Assembly (NCBI RefSeq): GCF_026210795.1
Contig: NC_089434.1
Coordinates: forward strand, 248,001-312,000
DNA: 64,000 nucleotides
Direction of reading: 5' to 3'
DNA from: Rhizophagus irregularis
Taxonomy: Eukaryota
The position numbers and the translations under genes are program-made. Positions 25,641 through 39,810 of this stretch are shown here, piece after piece (within the stretch, counting starts at the first letter, position 1; each line of letters starts with the position of its first letter). A model generated the notes under the pieces. It was not told where the DNA came from. It did no database searches and saw nothing but the letters and a program-made list of their open reading frames with translations.

Positions 25641-27386
25641 ATGTAATTTATTTATTTTTTTAAAAAAAGTAATTAGTATTATTATAATTTAGCTTTGAAA
25701 AAATGTTTAAAGCTTATAATAATTTTTTTTTAGTTAGATTTTATTAATATTTTTTTAATTACAATACATTTATAGATTTATTAGTACAGGAAATTAGCCA
25801 AAAATTATATTAAATAAATATAAATTAAGCTATACTAATATTATTAATTTATGAACTATTTGTTATTTATATTAAAACTTATTTTGATATAGTAATTCTT
25901 GCAGTTAAAGGATTTGGCTAGGTTTTACCTTTATGTATTTTCTGGGATTCTAATAAAATATTAACTTTTGTATTTTTTATAGTTTGTATATTCAATTTTC
26001 TATTGATTTTACTTTAATATAATTGAAATTTAAAAATTTTTAGTTAGAAAAAATTAGATTATAATAAAAGAGCAGATTTACTGGTTTAATAATATTAAAA
26101 TAGCAATTAAATATTTTTTTAATTAGATGCAAAATAGGTTAAAATAAAAATATACTTTACTTTATAGATTTGAATTCAAATATTCTTATTTTTGGCTAAT
26201 AATATTTTTTATTATAATTACTTCAACTAATCAGTAAATGATGTTATATGAAATATTACTTAGAGATATAACAGGATATTTTACAAAATATGTAAGATAA
26301 TTATCTAATTCATCATCTATTTTGGAATCAAATATCTATTTTATTGTTTAGTAAATTATTAAAGAAAGGGTTTTTTCATGATTAGCAGATTACAAAATAT
26401 AAATAAATTGGAAGATGGTATACTTTATTCTTCTTAAATGTTTAGAAGTTTGTAAGAAACCAAGATCTGATATGGAAAGTTAATATATCAACTATATCAA
26501 CATGTAAAGATATGGTTGCATGATAAGATGTTTGTATGTTACAGATCTTTTTATTATATTATGTTGATTGACCTAACTAGAATGAAAAAGCCAATATAAC
26601 TGGATGAGTGGAGTTGGTATGCTTCAATTCATTAACAAATTTGACCTGATCTGGAGAATTCCTTTGGGACTTTATAAATGAATCCAAAAAAGTAAGGAAG
26701 CTATCATAAAATGGGAAGATGCACATGTATGGCCTGCGTTAGCTTTTTTAAAAAATGAAATCTAATTTCAGATGGTATATAAGAAATGCTGAATTATTTC
26801 AATAAATTACTTGGGTAGTTTAATGAGATTATAAGCAACTTCTTCATGACACCATCAATAAGACATCATACTTGCCTCCTTGTATTTGTTGAGTGTCCAA
26901 TAAATATTCTGATCATTGGACACTTATGTGGCATGTATTACCTAATTTTTTCCAATGCATTTATGGAAATTGTGGAAATTGCCTTATGTAAATATATCTA
27001 GATCGATCCACTTATCGAAAGTCGAAACTAACTAATAATATAATTTGATTTCCGAGTTTATGAAAACGTCATATATCTCACCAAAGAAATCTTACACAAT
27101 GACATTTAATGCCGCCTAAGTGCTATCACGTGATATAAACCAATAATTTTTAAGAAAAAAAAAATTTCATTTTATAAACTTTCTAAATTGAAAGAGAGAA
27201 GACATGCATGATTTACTATTTATTCCATAATTTTTCATATGAATTAAATAAATAATAATATTATTATGTGATAATTTTGACAAATATTGTTCTATTATGC
27301 TTTGTTTATAACTAAGTCCCAATTAATTACAATCTAAATAAAATTTTATAATATTTAAGAATAGGTTTTTAGTTACTGAATTATAT

Positions 27387-30300
27387 CTATAAATTATTTT
27401 GAATTTTGAAAACATCCCAAGCATCATTTAGTGCAGAAAATATACCATTTGCTAACAATCTTTGTTCTATTGTGGTTGCTGAATTTAACTAGAAGAAATA
27501 AATTCATGTTAGTACAGTCTTTATAGAAAATCAAATCAAGAAAGAATAATAATATGAGAATATTAACCTTGTCTGGATGCACTTTAGCAATAGCTTTTAT
27601 ATATCTAATTTTAACTTGTGAAGATGTTACTAATTCATGTAACCCTATTGTCTTCCATCCAATTCCGTCCCATAAAACAACATCAAGACTACTTATTAAA
27701 GCTCTAAGATTTGTCTCTTTGCCTCCTTTCCATTGCATTATCTTTTGATCAACGTGATCTTTCAACCTAAACCTTTCTGCATCTTCAAGTTCTTGCTGTC
27801 GAGCTTGATCACGTAATCTAACGACGGCTGGATTATTTGGATCAACATAAGTCGAAGACGTTGACGTGGACGATGTAGGATCAATAAATCCAAATGCGTT
27901 TAGAGGCACTCCAAATGTACTCTGAGATGTTGATTGTGTGGGCACCGAAGTATCGAACATGAACTCATTAAAGTCGTATTGATTTGATGACTGATTCGAT
28001 GATATTAGAGGAGAATCATTTTCATCCTTAATTTCTGATTTACTGTCTGTCGCCATTTTTATAGCTTTTTGGCACCGTCTTAATCCGTCACTTACACTTT
28101 TGCCAATACCTGGATCAGCGTTAATCAACTTTTGATAATCATCTTTTGCGCTATCATATTTCTCCATGGTTTCATAAGCAGAGGCTCGTCGAAGTAATGC
28201 TTTAGTATATTGATCCTTTAAATTAATTGCTACTCCAGGTGGCGGGGGTAACGTATAATCATCAATTAACTGAAGTATTAGAGTACAGTCTTCCACACAT
28301 CCACGATGATCACCATTCTTCAATTTAGTAGCTGCTCGATTATTATATAAAATAGCACGTAATAAATGCTTAGTTGGAAGAGAATCTACAGCCAAAGAAT
28401 AAAATTTTTCTGCTTCACCAAATTGACCAAGTTTAAACAATTCATTTCCTTTTGCTTTATGAGCCTCAGATTTATTTAGTTGTTCAGGCGAAACATGAAC
28501 CACAAGTCTTGGAGGTTTTGAAGGTGTTACACGGGTTGGAGAAGAGTTGCGAACAGGTTTTTGAGAAGGCGGACGTCGACGAGCAGGTGAGATATAAGCT
28601 GAATCCGATGAATTCACATCTGGCTTTGTAGACCGTGAAGGTACAGCTGGCTTCGGTGGTTTTTTTGATTCGTTCTGATGCAAAGAACGGTAATGATCTT
28701 CATTACTTTCTTTAAGCTTAGAATTTATTGAAACAAATGTATTTCGTCCTGACAATATGTCATTATCACTATCTTTAAGTTTTGATGAGACCGGTATAAA
28801 TTTATTTCGACCAGGATTTGGTAGCTCATCATCACTACTGTCCTTTGTTTTTGAAGAAACGGAAACGAATCGATTCCTCCCAGGTATCTGATGATGATAA
28901 TCATCATCATCGCTGCTGCTATCATCATAACTATCCTGAAATTTTTCTTCAACCTTAACATTTGGAAAATCATTATACCCGGATTGAAAATCATTATTTT
29001 GCATCCATCTAGGTCTTCTGCTACTATCCTCCTCAGAATCTGGTTGTTGTAAATCTTCCAGCGCCTTATTCACCACTTCTTTTGATTGCTTATAAAAAGC
29101 ACTTGCTTTTTTGAAAGCATGTATTCCAAATTCACTTGCAGTAGAGATAAGTTTTTCTTTTTGCTGTAAAAAATTAGATGATACTGACGACGAAGAACGA
29201 TCACTACTTTCTCCATCAGAAACACTTATACCATAAACGTTTCGCCTCGGTACATTGAGAGTATGATTTTTTGACGAAAAACGTCCTTTCTCAATATAGC
29301 CATGTTCATTATCATCGTCTTCTCGATGAGGATAATCAGCAGTGTTTGATCTTCGACGTCCAAAGTCACTTTTTTGTTGTTTAGAAGTTTGATTCATAGA
29401 CATATTATTCACAACTTCACGTTGTTGAAAGAGGATTTCAATAGCAGATGAAACATCATCGTCGTTATCTGTAACAGCCAACGCAGCTTCCGCCTCATCC
29501 GCTGAGAAACCCATATCGACAATTTGTGCAATAAGATGATCCTTCAATTCGTTTCTTGATGTTGAACTGTTATTAGAATTCCTTTCACTATGCGGTGAAG
29601 CATCTCTTTTTTCCGAAACTGGTTTTTCCAGTTCACCCAAAGGATTTTCATCATCCTCAGCATTAAGGATATCACTTTTTGCCGAAATTGGTTTTGCCAG
29701 TTCACCCAAAGGATTTTCATCATCCTCAACAGGAATTGATGATGAAGAATTATTTTGTTTTTCAAAAATTCCAAAATCCATTAAATTATTATTTGCTGCT
29801 GCTGAAGAAATCTAAGATTTTAAATAGAAATTAGTAACTTGCAAATAAAAATATTAATAATCCAAAAAATCATCGTTTGCACCTTATTGTTATTTGTATT
29901 GTTGGATAAAAAGTTCAAATCCCACTGGGTTTCCTCAGATGAAGGCTTCCTAATTAATTTGTAATGATAATTTGAGTTAATTATATCATGGATATCAATA
30001 AATAAGGGAAAGGTAAATATTACATACATCTGACTACTTGAATTTCTGGATATCGATTCAGAAGTTCCGTACTGATTTGCTCCCAACAAAATATCATCAA
30101 ATATATCTCCGGTTGGTTGCCGAATTCCATTATTCCCTGATGAATTTGAACTTTTACCTTCTAAAGAATCCCAAAAATGTGATTGGTCATAATGTTCTCT
30201 TAATTTTTCATTCTCTTCTTGTAATTTACGTTGTTGTTCTTGTTCTTGTAATTTACGTTGTTCATCCAAAGATAAATTTGTCGGTTTCTTATTAAAAAGT

Positions 30301-30713
30301 AAAAAAGTATCATCCAATGAATCTGTACTATTATTGTTGGAAAATGATGTTAAGCTTGGTGAAATATGTGGTGATCTATTGTTCGGAGAATTTGAAGAAT
30401 AAATTTTCGTTCCACTTGTAGATGATGATGAAAAATTTTGATTATTAACAGAAGTATTTGAATCAGAATTATTAATTTTATTTAATCTTTTAAATACAGG
30501 TGAATTAGCATTTATAGCTTGAGAAATAAAAATATTTTGATCAGATGAATTAACTGTTGTAGTTTGTTTGATTGGTGGTGTAGGAAATGTTGTCGAATTT
30601 TTTGATGAAAGTTCTGTTGTACCTCTCATTGCATTTAATGGAGTATTGTTATTTTTTTGATTCGAAGATCTATTGGATCCAGAACCCCAAATTAGTTCAT
30701 TCAAATCATCCAT
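27387..30713 (-). CDS. SWA2: Auxilin-like clathrin-uncoating factor (UBA + TPR + C-terminal J domain), multi-exon
   Basis: UBA (QIVDMGFSADEAEAAL), TPRs (KAKGNELFKLGQF, LYNNRAA, KALLRRASAYE), WKGGKETNLRALISSL and HPDK. Last exon reads LNSATTIEQRLLANGIFSALNDAWDVFKIQNNL*. Confidence 0.88.
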
Positions 30714-31387
30714 AACTTAAAATGTAATATATAAATATATTTTTTTTTATTCGAATAATTCGATTATTAAAGTTCTAAAGAGAATAAATATTTGTAATTT
30801 TGGATTTTACTTTCTAATAAACTGTTATTAAGGTATGAAATTAAGTTATAATAATTCAATGTTAACTCAGATTAATATTTGTTATAGCCATAGAAATGTT
30901 AAAACTATATATATATAAAAAAAGAAAATGTAAAAAATTAATTGAGAAACATAAAAAAGCAATGAATAAAGCTTTATGTCGTGGCTAAGTCGTACAGAGT
31001 TAAAGCCACGTTTTTTGAATTCTAATTGGATATTTTTGATTAATCGTTTTATAAAATAGTAGAAAAATACGGGAAATTAACTACTCCAGTTACTCCGCTA
31101 TTGTGCGTATCACGTGAAATGTTGTAATTGCATAGCCAGATTCTAAGCCTCAATTGAATTCAAGAATGGCCCAGAACGCTTACGCCTATCAACACGTGCT
31201 CTATTGAAATATACAGTCATTATACTAATATCAAATATACAGCTTACTTAATATATATATTTTTTTACTATTTTTTATAATATATAAAGTTAAGAAAAAA
31301 TTTATCCAATAGCAAAACTTATGTTTCAGTTATTTACTAAAGTAATTTAGAATAAATTATAAACTATGCAAATTAGTATAGTTTGCA

Positions 31388-31611
31388 AGGATCCCACTTA
31401 CTTATAAAATAGGTCACCCCTAGGCCTAAGGTAAAAATCATATATAAAATTCTTTGAAGATCCTACTATAAAAGGAAATTTTATATTATATTGTTATGAT
31501 TTTTTTCCTTTTTAGCTAATTAACAAATAGAATTTAAGAAAAAAGTAAAGTAAAAATCATCAGTAAAGGGTCAATTTTCTATAGTGACTTTTATTATAAG
31601 TAAGTGGATCC
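31388..31611. mobile_element. Mutator-like MITE
   Basis: TIRs GGATC(C)CACTTACTTATAA..GTCAC with a perfect 9-bp TSD, TAGTTTGCA. Confidence 0.8.
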
Positions 31612-33759
31612 TAGTTTGCATTATTTTAAATTATTTATAATTTGCAAGTATATAATAGTAATAAATTAATTTATTTTAATAAGTTTTAATATTAAAATAT
31701 CAGTATAAATAATATTAAACCTTTACATAACGATATGTCAGGACCTATATAAAATTTTTAAAAAATATCATTATATTAAAGTTATTCTGATATTTATATA
31801 TCCTTATATATAGTAGGAAAATAAAATTTTATTGGTATATCAAGTTTTTAATAATATATCGATATATCAAATATCAGTATATTAAGGTTAGACTGTACTT
31901 TTTCTATTAAAATAATTAATATTTTTATTATTAAATTATAATTAATAATTAAATAAGATATTTAAAATAATTGAATTTGTATAATTTTAAAATTTATTAA
32001 ATAATTTTAGTAATTTTATTTCAAAATTAATATATATTTCTTATATATTTTATTATATTTTTATTATATTAAATATATGTTACTTTTTAAATCTTTTTAA
32101 AAGAAAATTGTATTCTGTTTTTTAAAATGGCAGTAATTTATTTTAGTATTTTATAAAATTATTAAATAAATGTTTAATTAATTTAATAGTTTATAAAATC
32201 TTTTATAATTTAGGAATTTTTATATTCTATAGATCTATAGTAATGGTAGTATTTTCAAACAATATTTGAATTATACTTTCCAGTAAAATAAAAGACATTG
32301 TTAAAATATTAGTAAAATCAATTATATCAGTTATAATTATTATTAATAAAACATATGAATTACAGTCAAAAAATTAATTCTGCTAGTAAGTATAATTTAA
32401 ATATAGATATCACTATAATATTTAATAGTATAGATAGTATATATATTATTGCCAATAATATTAGAATATATTATAAATATTTTTTTTTATAATCTAAAGA
32501 ATTTGAATATATCATCTAATTATTAAATTCCTTCATAAAAAGCATTTTTAGTTTATTCAATGAATTCATTCATGTTTAGTTAGCATAAGTTTTTATAGTA
32601 TTTTCGATAAATAAAAAATTTAGGTTATAATTCTAATACTTCATTTTATTAGTTATATTAGCATGTATTTTTGTTAATTATTATAAGTTGCTTCAAAATT
32701 CAAGTGGATAACCAACTCTATTTCCAAATGTGATCTCAAAAATGAAAATTTCAGTAGGTAAATCTATTTAAAAACAGAAGAGAATGCTTTTCCTTCAAAT
32801 TATTAAGAACTATAAGTACTTCTTTTTATAAAAAAAAATTTGCTTAAGAGTTTTCTAATAGCTTAAGAAATATGAGAATCTTGGTTGCCTTATTTTTAAT
32901 TCAAAAAAATTCAAAAACCTGAGTTTCACAAATTAAAGAATAAAGAATAACCTTGAATTATTAAATTATTCATCTCAATTAAGAAGACCATTATATATTG
33001 TTAATGTCTTAACTGTTTGTCTTACTTTATAGTTCTCTAAGTAAAATATACAGTATAAAAATGTATGATAACTGTTCGAAATTATTATTTTCAAATAGTC
33101 AACAGGACATAATTTGCACTTGTTTTTATTTAACAGATAACAGTTTGAATTTCGGTGATATTTAAATTTGATTGGATAGCTGAATAATCACGTGATCACA
33201 AAAATTTTTTGAAAACTGGTCAAAATTGGCATTGTGGATCGGATAGTCAACGAGAGGATAGCAGGAAGACTTCTTATAGAAAACGTATATGGCTTAGATG
33301 ACCTAATAGAAAGAAATGTTCATGACATATCTAGGTTGTACAGGTGACCAAAATTACGAGCATTTCCTTTTACTTTTTTTGTATAGTACAATTTGACTGT
33401 CACGTGATCGAGAAAAAAAGTGGAACGAAGGACATATAAAAATCCAATAATTCCCTAGTTTTTATTTGTGTAAAAATTTTTTAACGCTTAAAATTATGCA
33501 ATATGTCGCACTGATCAAATGTGATATTTCTTACTTTTCCATAATGTAGACCTTAGCACACGCGGGTTTATTTTCTTCACCTATATTATACGGCGCAGCC
33601 GTGAAATCACCCACTTTAAAATTGCCTTTGACTTTATTGAATTTCAATAAAACGATTAAGTGGACCTACCGGCTACCGATAAATATAATAAAGCTAAAGC
33701 TAATGATTAATTTACCATGATCGTTACACCCAATAGTAAGCGTAACCAGAGGTATAATA

Positions 33760-33958
33760 CCCTATAAAAAATTTTTATCCGAATATTTCCATTATTTCTC
33801 CGTGTCTTCCGTAAAAATTCCGTGAAAATGATACATTCACGGATATCTGTGTTAGCGAGATGAAAATTTCCATGATTTAAGGTTATTAATTCCATGAAAA
33901 TGATACATTCACTGAAAAAACATGAAAAGATAAAACACGGATCAGATTTTTTACAGGG
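33760..33958. mobile_element. CCC-terminal MITE (CACTA/CMC-like, 3-bp TSD)
   Basis: Termini CCCTATAAAAAAT / ATTTTTTACAGGG, ATA TSD. Internal repeat GAAAATGATACATTCAC. Same TIR type as 60278-60376. Confidence 0.7.
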
Positions 33959-34274
33959 ATACTTAATTTTTTGACATAAAAGTCGTTTATTAAATTATAT
34001 TGAGAAATTTCATTTGAACTAATAACTTGGATTTTCCGAGAGCTTATTTTCAAGAAAAAATTTTTCATTTAATTATTAATAGAATAATGTACGATTTATC
34101 ACAATTAATTTTTCCCTATTGAACAATAGTAAATTTTTACTACTAAAAGTGTAATAAAGAGGAAAGAAAGAAAAATAAAGACCTACCGCCATCATACTCT
34201 AGGATTAGTTACAAATTTAAAATAAGGTCGGAATAAATCAAGATCATTTTTATCTTATCGCGTTGCTAATCTAT

Positions 34275-34816
34275 TACCCCACGTAATATATATATAGGTC
34301 ATAGGAAATTTTGAAAATTTTATAATAGCGCTACGCAAGAGTTTTTACTAAGATAAATAAGCAAATTCAACATATGACCTCAAATTTTGCCAAAAAATAA
34401 GCAAACTAATCATATGACCGATATTATTTATATTTAACTATATGTACAGATCACTTCTAATATATTTATTTATTTATCGTATTATCTTAAATTTAAGAAG
34501 CTTTTTTTTAATTTCTATAACTACTACTGTATTATGTATATATTTAAAACCTCCTCATTTTTTCAATAATATCATCCCGACCATAATATCTTTTTTCATC
34601 CCCTAATATGTTACCATAGAGATCGGCCAAAATTATCCTAAAAATAAGCAAACAAAAAATATGACAAAAAAAAATATGCCGAAAATATGCAAACTAAATA
34701 TATAAGTATAATGAAAATTTTTATTGATTCTAAGCAAATCCTTCTTCTAACTATACCTAAATTCACACATGGCTAAGCAAACGTTCCTATGACCTATATA
34801 TATATTACGCGGGGTC
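34275..34816. mobile_element. Mutator-like MITE
   Basis: About 30-bp TIR ACCCC(A/G)CGTAATATATATATAGGTCATAGGAA. 9-bp TSD CTAATCTAT/CTATTCTAT. Internal AAAATAAGCAAA repeats. Confidence 0.8.
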
Positions 34817-34852
34817 CTATTCTATCTACCATCTTTGTATTGTGGATTATTA

Positions 34853-35130
34853 GGCCGTTCCAATTTAATCTTTAGTTTAACGTCCTCCCCCCCCTCTATT
34901 TTTGAAAAATTCAAGGGTGATTTAAACATATATGTTTGATATGTTTAAATATGCTTAAAACACCCCTTCCTTTACTAAAATTTAATAGTACCGAGAATTT
35001 CCGATTTTACCAAAAATTTCCGAAATTTTTAATGTTTAATTTTCATGTTTGTTTAAATTATCCCCTCCCCCCCCCCCTCAAAATTTTTGGCCGGAAAGGA
35101 CGTTAAACTAATTATTAATTTGGAACGGCC
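34853..35130. mobile_element. PIF/Harbinger MITE
   Basis: TIR GGCCGTTCCAA(T/A)TTAAT...TAGTTTAACGTCCT with TTA TSD. Confidence 0.85.
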
Positions 35131-36680
35131 TTATGTGTAATAACCTCTTTTCTATCTTTTTTATTATTACTTGTGCAATTCCTTTCTCATGAGCATCTTT
35201 AATTCCATATATTATTATGCTTTCGTCACGAATATATATGATTTATCATTTATGAATTATGACAATTTTATCATTTATGACAATGTATTCATCAGTAATT
35301 ATAACAAATTATATCGAATTATAATACTGAATTTTTACTTCATCTTGAATATATATATAATAAATTAAACTTTATTTTAGTATTGTAGATGTTTTAGTAA
35401 ATTTTTATCCACGTTACTTTAATATTTATTATTCTGTTACTTTCAGGATTTCCGATCATCGAATCATTTGCAACACCTTAATCTTGGATGTTAATTTGTT
35501 AGACATGATAGAATTGAAATAAAGATTATTTTTTTTTTTTTGATTTTATCTCAAGTGGAAGTATCCTAGTGAATTAGAACTGAAATATGTATGAGAAATT
35601 TTACACAAAAGATATTATCCGTAATCTGTAAAGAAAGAAACTAGGACCTAGATATCTTCAACATTTTAAATAACAGCAATAATATTTAGGAAATTAACTC
35701 ATCCCAGAAACTGGACACAGAACTTGTGCATACTTCTGCTTTGATAAATTCTGATTTTTGAAAGAAAATTTCTTCAGTATCAATCGTTCCATTATTATAT
35801 AAATTCGAAGAGTAGCAAACACTTGAATTAAACTTGTTATTTTTTTGAAACACTTTAAAGTCTTTAATATTCCAAGATACAGTAAATGTGGTAAAAACTT
35901 ACAATAGTTTTACAACTTTTTGAAATAGCACATAGTGACGATGATTGGTTAAAGAAATCAATGGTTAGATAAATAGTTTTTTTGCTTTTCTTGATAAAAT
36001 GAATGTTGGAAATTGATAAAAGAGTATCAAAGTATCAAACGCAGATGACTTATATGTTTTTAAAGGAATTGCCGTATATGATATCAAAAATTGATTGATG
36101 GTGTTGAAAGATTGATCGCTTATTCAAATCAAGCATATTTTATTACCTTTTTATGAGCAATAATAAAATTGAAATATTCCTGGTTTTTTAACTTCGCCAT
36201 CAAATGTTATAGGCAGAAATCCCACTTTAGGGAAAATATTGCCTTTAAGTCCTAATGATGCGGACGAATTTTACACAATGTTCGAAATGCTTGTTGGTGT
36301 TCTGAATTTCGTGTGTTTGTGGAGAAAATAATGATGCTTCCGAATTGGTTTGTAGTATGAGGAGAATACTTTTAATTTCTTCTCCTTACACTCCTTCTTA
36401 ATATTCTAAACCCATAATCTTGTTTGACCATCTTGAGGAAATCATGACCATTATTTCTGCTTGACAATAATCTACAATCTACTTCGTTAAGTCACAAGTT
36501 TTTCTTAGATATATCAAATTAATTATCTAGTTATGTTTATATATATTGAAATCAATTTAAGTGAACAAATCGATTTATGACTTATGTAATATGTAATTAC
36601 TATTTGTTGCTGACTTAGCCAAGTCTTTTAAAAAACTTGTTGTCACCTGATCACCACGTTGAGGTGCAGCAACATTGATC

Positions 36681-37400
36681 AGGGGGAAAGGGGAAAGCGA
36701 AGGGAAAGGGAAAGGGGAGAACGAAGGGAAAGGGGAGAGGGAACGTAAGGGAAAGGGGAGAACGAAAGGGAAAGGGGAGAACGAAAGGGAAAGGGAGAAC
36801 GAAAGGGAAAGGGGAGAACGAAAGGGAAAGGGAGAACGAAAGGGAAAGGGAAAGGGAACGTAAGGGAAAGGGGAGAACGTATGGGAAAGGGGAGAACGTA
36901 AGGGAAAGGGGAGAACGTAAGGGAAAGGGGAGAACGTAAGGGAAAGGGGAGAACGTAAGGGAAAGGGGAGAACGTAAGGGAAAGGGGAGAACGTAAGGGA
37001 AAGGGAGAACGAAAGGGAAAGGGGAGAACGAAAGGGAAAGGGGAGAACGAAAGGGAAAGGGGAGAACGAAAGGGAAAGGGAGAGGGAACGAAAGGGAAAG
37101 GGAGAGGGAACGTAAGGGAAAGGGGAGAACGTAAGGGAAAGGGGAGAACGAAAGGGAAAGGGGAGAACGAAAGGGAAAGGGGAGAACGAAAGGGAAAGGG
37201 GAGAACGAAAGGGAAAGGGGAGAACGAAAGGGAAAGGGGAGAACGAAAGGGAAAGGGGAGAACGAAAGGGAAAGGGGAGAACGAAAGGGAAAGGGGAGAA
37301 CGAAAGGGAAAGGGGAGAACGAAAGGGAAGGGGGAGAACGAAAGGGAAGGGGAACGAAAGGAAAAGGGAAAAGAGAAAAGCGGAAGAGGGAAAAGAGCAA
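36681..37400. repeat. Purine-rich minisatellite, about 19-bp unit GAACG(A/T)AAGGGAAAGGGGA
   Basis: About 35 near-identical tandem units, directly visible. Confidence 0.95.
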
Positions 37401-38549
37401 GGAAATACAAAACATATATACCACCCACACACAAACTCACGCACAAACCTATACACAAAAACCTAACTACAACGTATCTAAGAATAAAGGGAAGACCTAC
37501 AGACCTAAAAAGAAGAAGATAAAGAAGACCTAAAAAAAAAAAGAAAACCTGACATATTTATATTATTTAAATTATATATTCATGAGTCATAACAAACCCA
37601 CATCAAGATTATGTATTACATGTCATAAGGAATTATTACATATTTGCATGAGCAATTTTATTCGCGTAATTATATTTATTAAGTCCGAAGTGCTGTTCAA
37701 ATATATCGTCATGTGCTGGACGGAATAGAAGTTATATAGTCCTTCGTCAGTGTTACAAAAAAAAGAAGGGAGACGTGAAGTTAATATAAATATTTCGATT
37801 CTTATTATCGAATAAATTGGAGGTTTACCATATATTAGGCGGAAATTATTCTTGATTCTTTTCAATATTGGCCCATCAACAATATTATAATTTTGAAATA
37901 AGAAAGATCCTATTATCCTAATTCTACGGACATTGTACGTTTATGCGAATTAAGAAATTTCTCAATATCTATAATAGCTAATTGGATTGAGAGGAAAAAT
38001 GCAAAAGCGATTCATTGTAGAAAGGATTTGCAATCAATTTAGACCTTCTTTATCGCAGTAGTCGGGTAAGCATATTATTTATTAAAGATAAATTACTTGA
38101 AAGAAAAAAAATGAAGAAAAAAAAGAGAACTCAAAATTTAAATTATGCAACCTAGTAATACCGCTCCAATTTCCAGTTTAAAGATCATTATTAGGTAATC
38201 TAAAACGATGGTATCTGGAATTTTGAATTGATTCACGTGATGGCGCAATATAACCGGTTAATGTAGGCCAGAGATGTATCATAAAAAAGTTTCTGTAAAA
38301 ACAATTATAAATAAAATTATTAATTTTTGACATGGCTACGCAGGCTACGGTGCGTGATGTAAATCAATGACGTACTCTTCTTGTATCATAATTTTTTATC
38401 CGTTTTGTGGACAGATCCAACCTCTATTTGGTTAAAATTAAAATAATTTTTCCTGAATTATAAATACGATCAACACGACTCGAAGTTTAACATCTTCCGC
38501 AATTAAAAATTTTTTTCTTATTAAAAAACTTATATTCTTAAATATTATC

Positions 38550-39810
38550 TATTATCGCCGCAATTGAAAAAGCCGATACATTAATAGATTATAACGTTCA
38601 TTATGACATAACCAAAGAACATGAATTTCTAAAGCTTATGATAGATGAAAAAATGGAAGCAATAAAAAGAATAACGAAAAAATTGTGACCAAAAAAAAAA
38701 TTTTATTGAATGAAGGAACAAAGAGATTATATGAAAATGTTTTTTAAGAGTGTTTTTGTACGTCATATTGTGAATATTGCATTCAAACCTATTTAAATAA
38801 GAATTTTTCAAAGTGGACGTCGAATAATTGAATGGATACCATACAATAATTTATAAAATATTAAATATATGACTAAAGGTACATTCAGCGAATTGGATCA
38901 TGGCGGATGGAATTCTAAAGAGTAACAATTAGAAAGGCCAGAGTAAATGAGTAGTACTTAAATAAATTGGAGAATGTTAAAAATGTCAATAGAAATTCTC
39001 ATAACAAATTTATGATCCTCAAAACTTCCTCAAACTTAACCTCATAACAATCTCACCGAATCTCTTATTTTCCCTTGTAATTCCTTTTCTTTCGCCAAAC
39101 CAACTTAGCCGCAGTCCAATTTTCTTACTTTGCCCATTATGACCTTACGTTCATTATTTATTATGTTATACTTGTTATGATATTTATAAAATTCTTATTT
39201 GTTTTATACACAACTATCACAACAGGATTAACTGGCCAAGGTTGGTTCGAAGAAGTATATATTTTAATTTTATTTACAAAATATTAACCCATAACTAATA
39301 ACTTAATATAATTATAGGCAGGATCGCATTTGATACTATGTAGTAAATATATAGACTTTGTCAAATGTTACGGTTTAACTCAAGATTCAAAGGGAGACTA
39401 TATGCTCGTACTACATATAATGGATACAGATTTAAGAAAATATTTGCAGCATCAACATACATGGAAAGAAAAAAATAAATGTAGTATGTCATGTGAGGTA
39501 CTTTATAGAATTCATGATAATAATGCGGTTCATAAAGATTTGCACTCAAAAAATATTTTGTATTCATAATATCATAATTCCTGTTATATGAATGATTTTT
39601 GATTTTGTGGACCCCGCTGATAAACCATCAAAATATATGGGAATCTTCCTTGTATAGCATCCGAGTTATACAGTAGTTGGAAAAGAATATACTTTTACAT
39701 CTGACATTTATAGTTTTCGTATACTTACGTTGGAAATTTCATCAAATCAGATACCTTTTGAACGTGATTATGATCTTGCAATGAAAATAGTTTATAGCAT
39801 GAGATCAGAA
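38550..39810 (+). pseudogene. Degenerate TKL-family kinase pseudogene
   Basis: Fragments YCEYCIQTYL, IIEWIPYNNL*, WFEE, KCYGLTQD, HKDLHSKN and YGNLP are homologous to the 51.8/60.5-kb kinases. Stops, frameshifts and an unrelated insert at about 38995-39230. Confidence 0.8.

Noticed and set aside
26200..26900. Coding-like remnant downstream of SWA2
   Set aside because: Riddled with stops and no recognisable motif; cannot be assigned without a search.
32450..33150. Possible hAT/BED transposase remnant (KNKCKLC on the minus strand)
   Set aside because: A single short motif, no supporting ORF or termini.
36681..37400. CRISPR array
   Set aside because: Contiguous tandem units without unique spacers, eukaryotic context, no cas genes.
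36575..37458. Three overlapping 259-293 aa Phe/Pro/Ser-rich ORFs
   Set aside because: Artefacts of the stop-free 19-bp minisatellite, which is open in all three minus frames.
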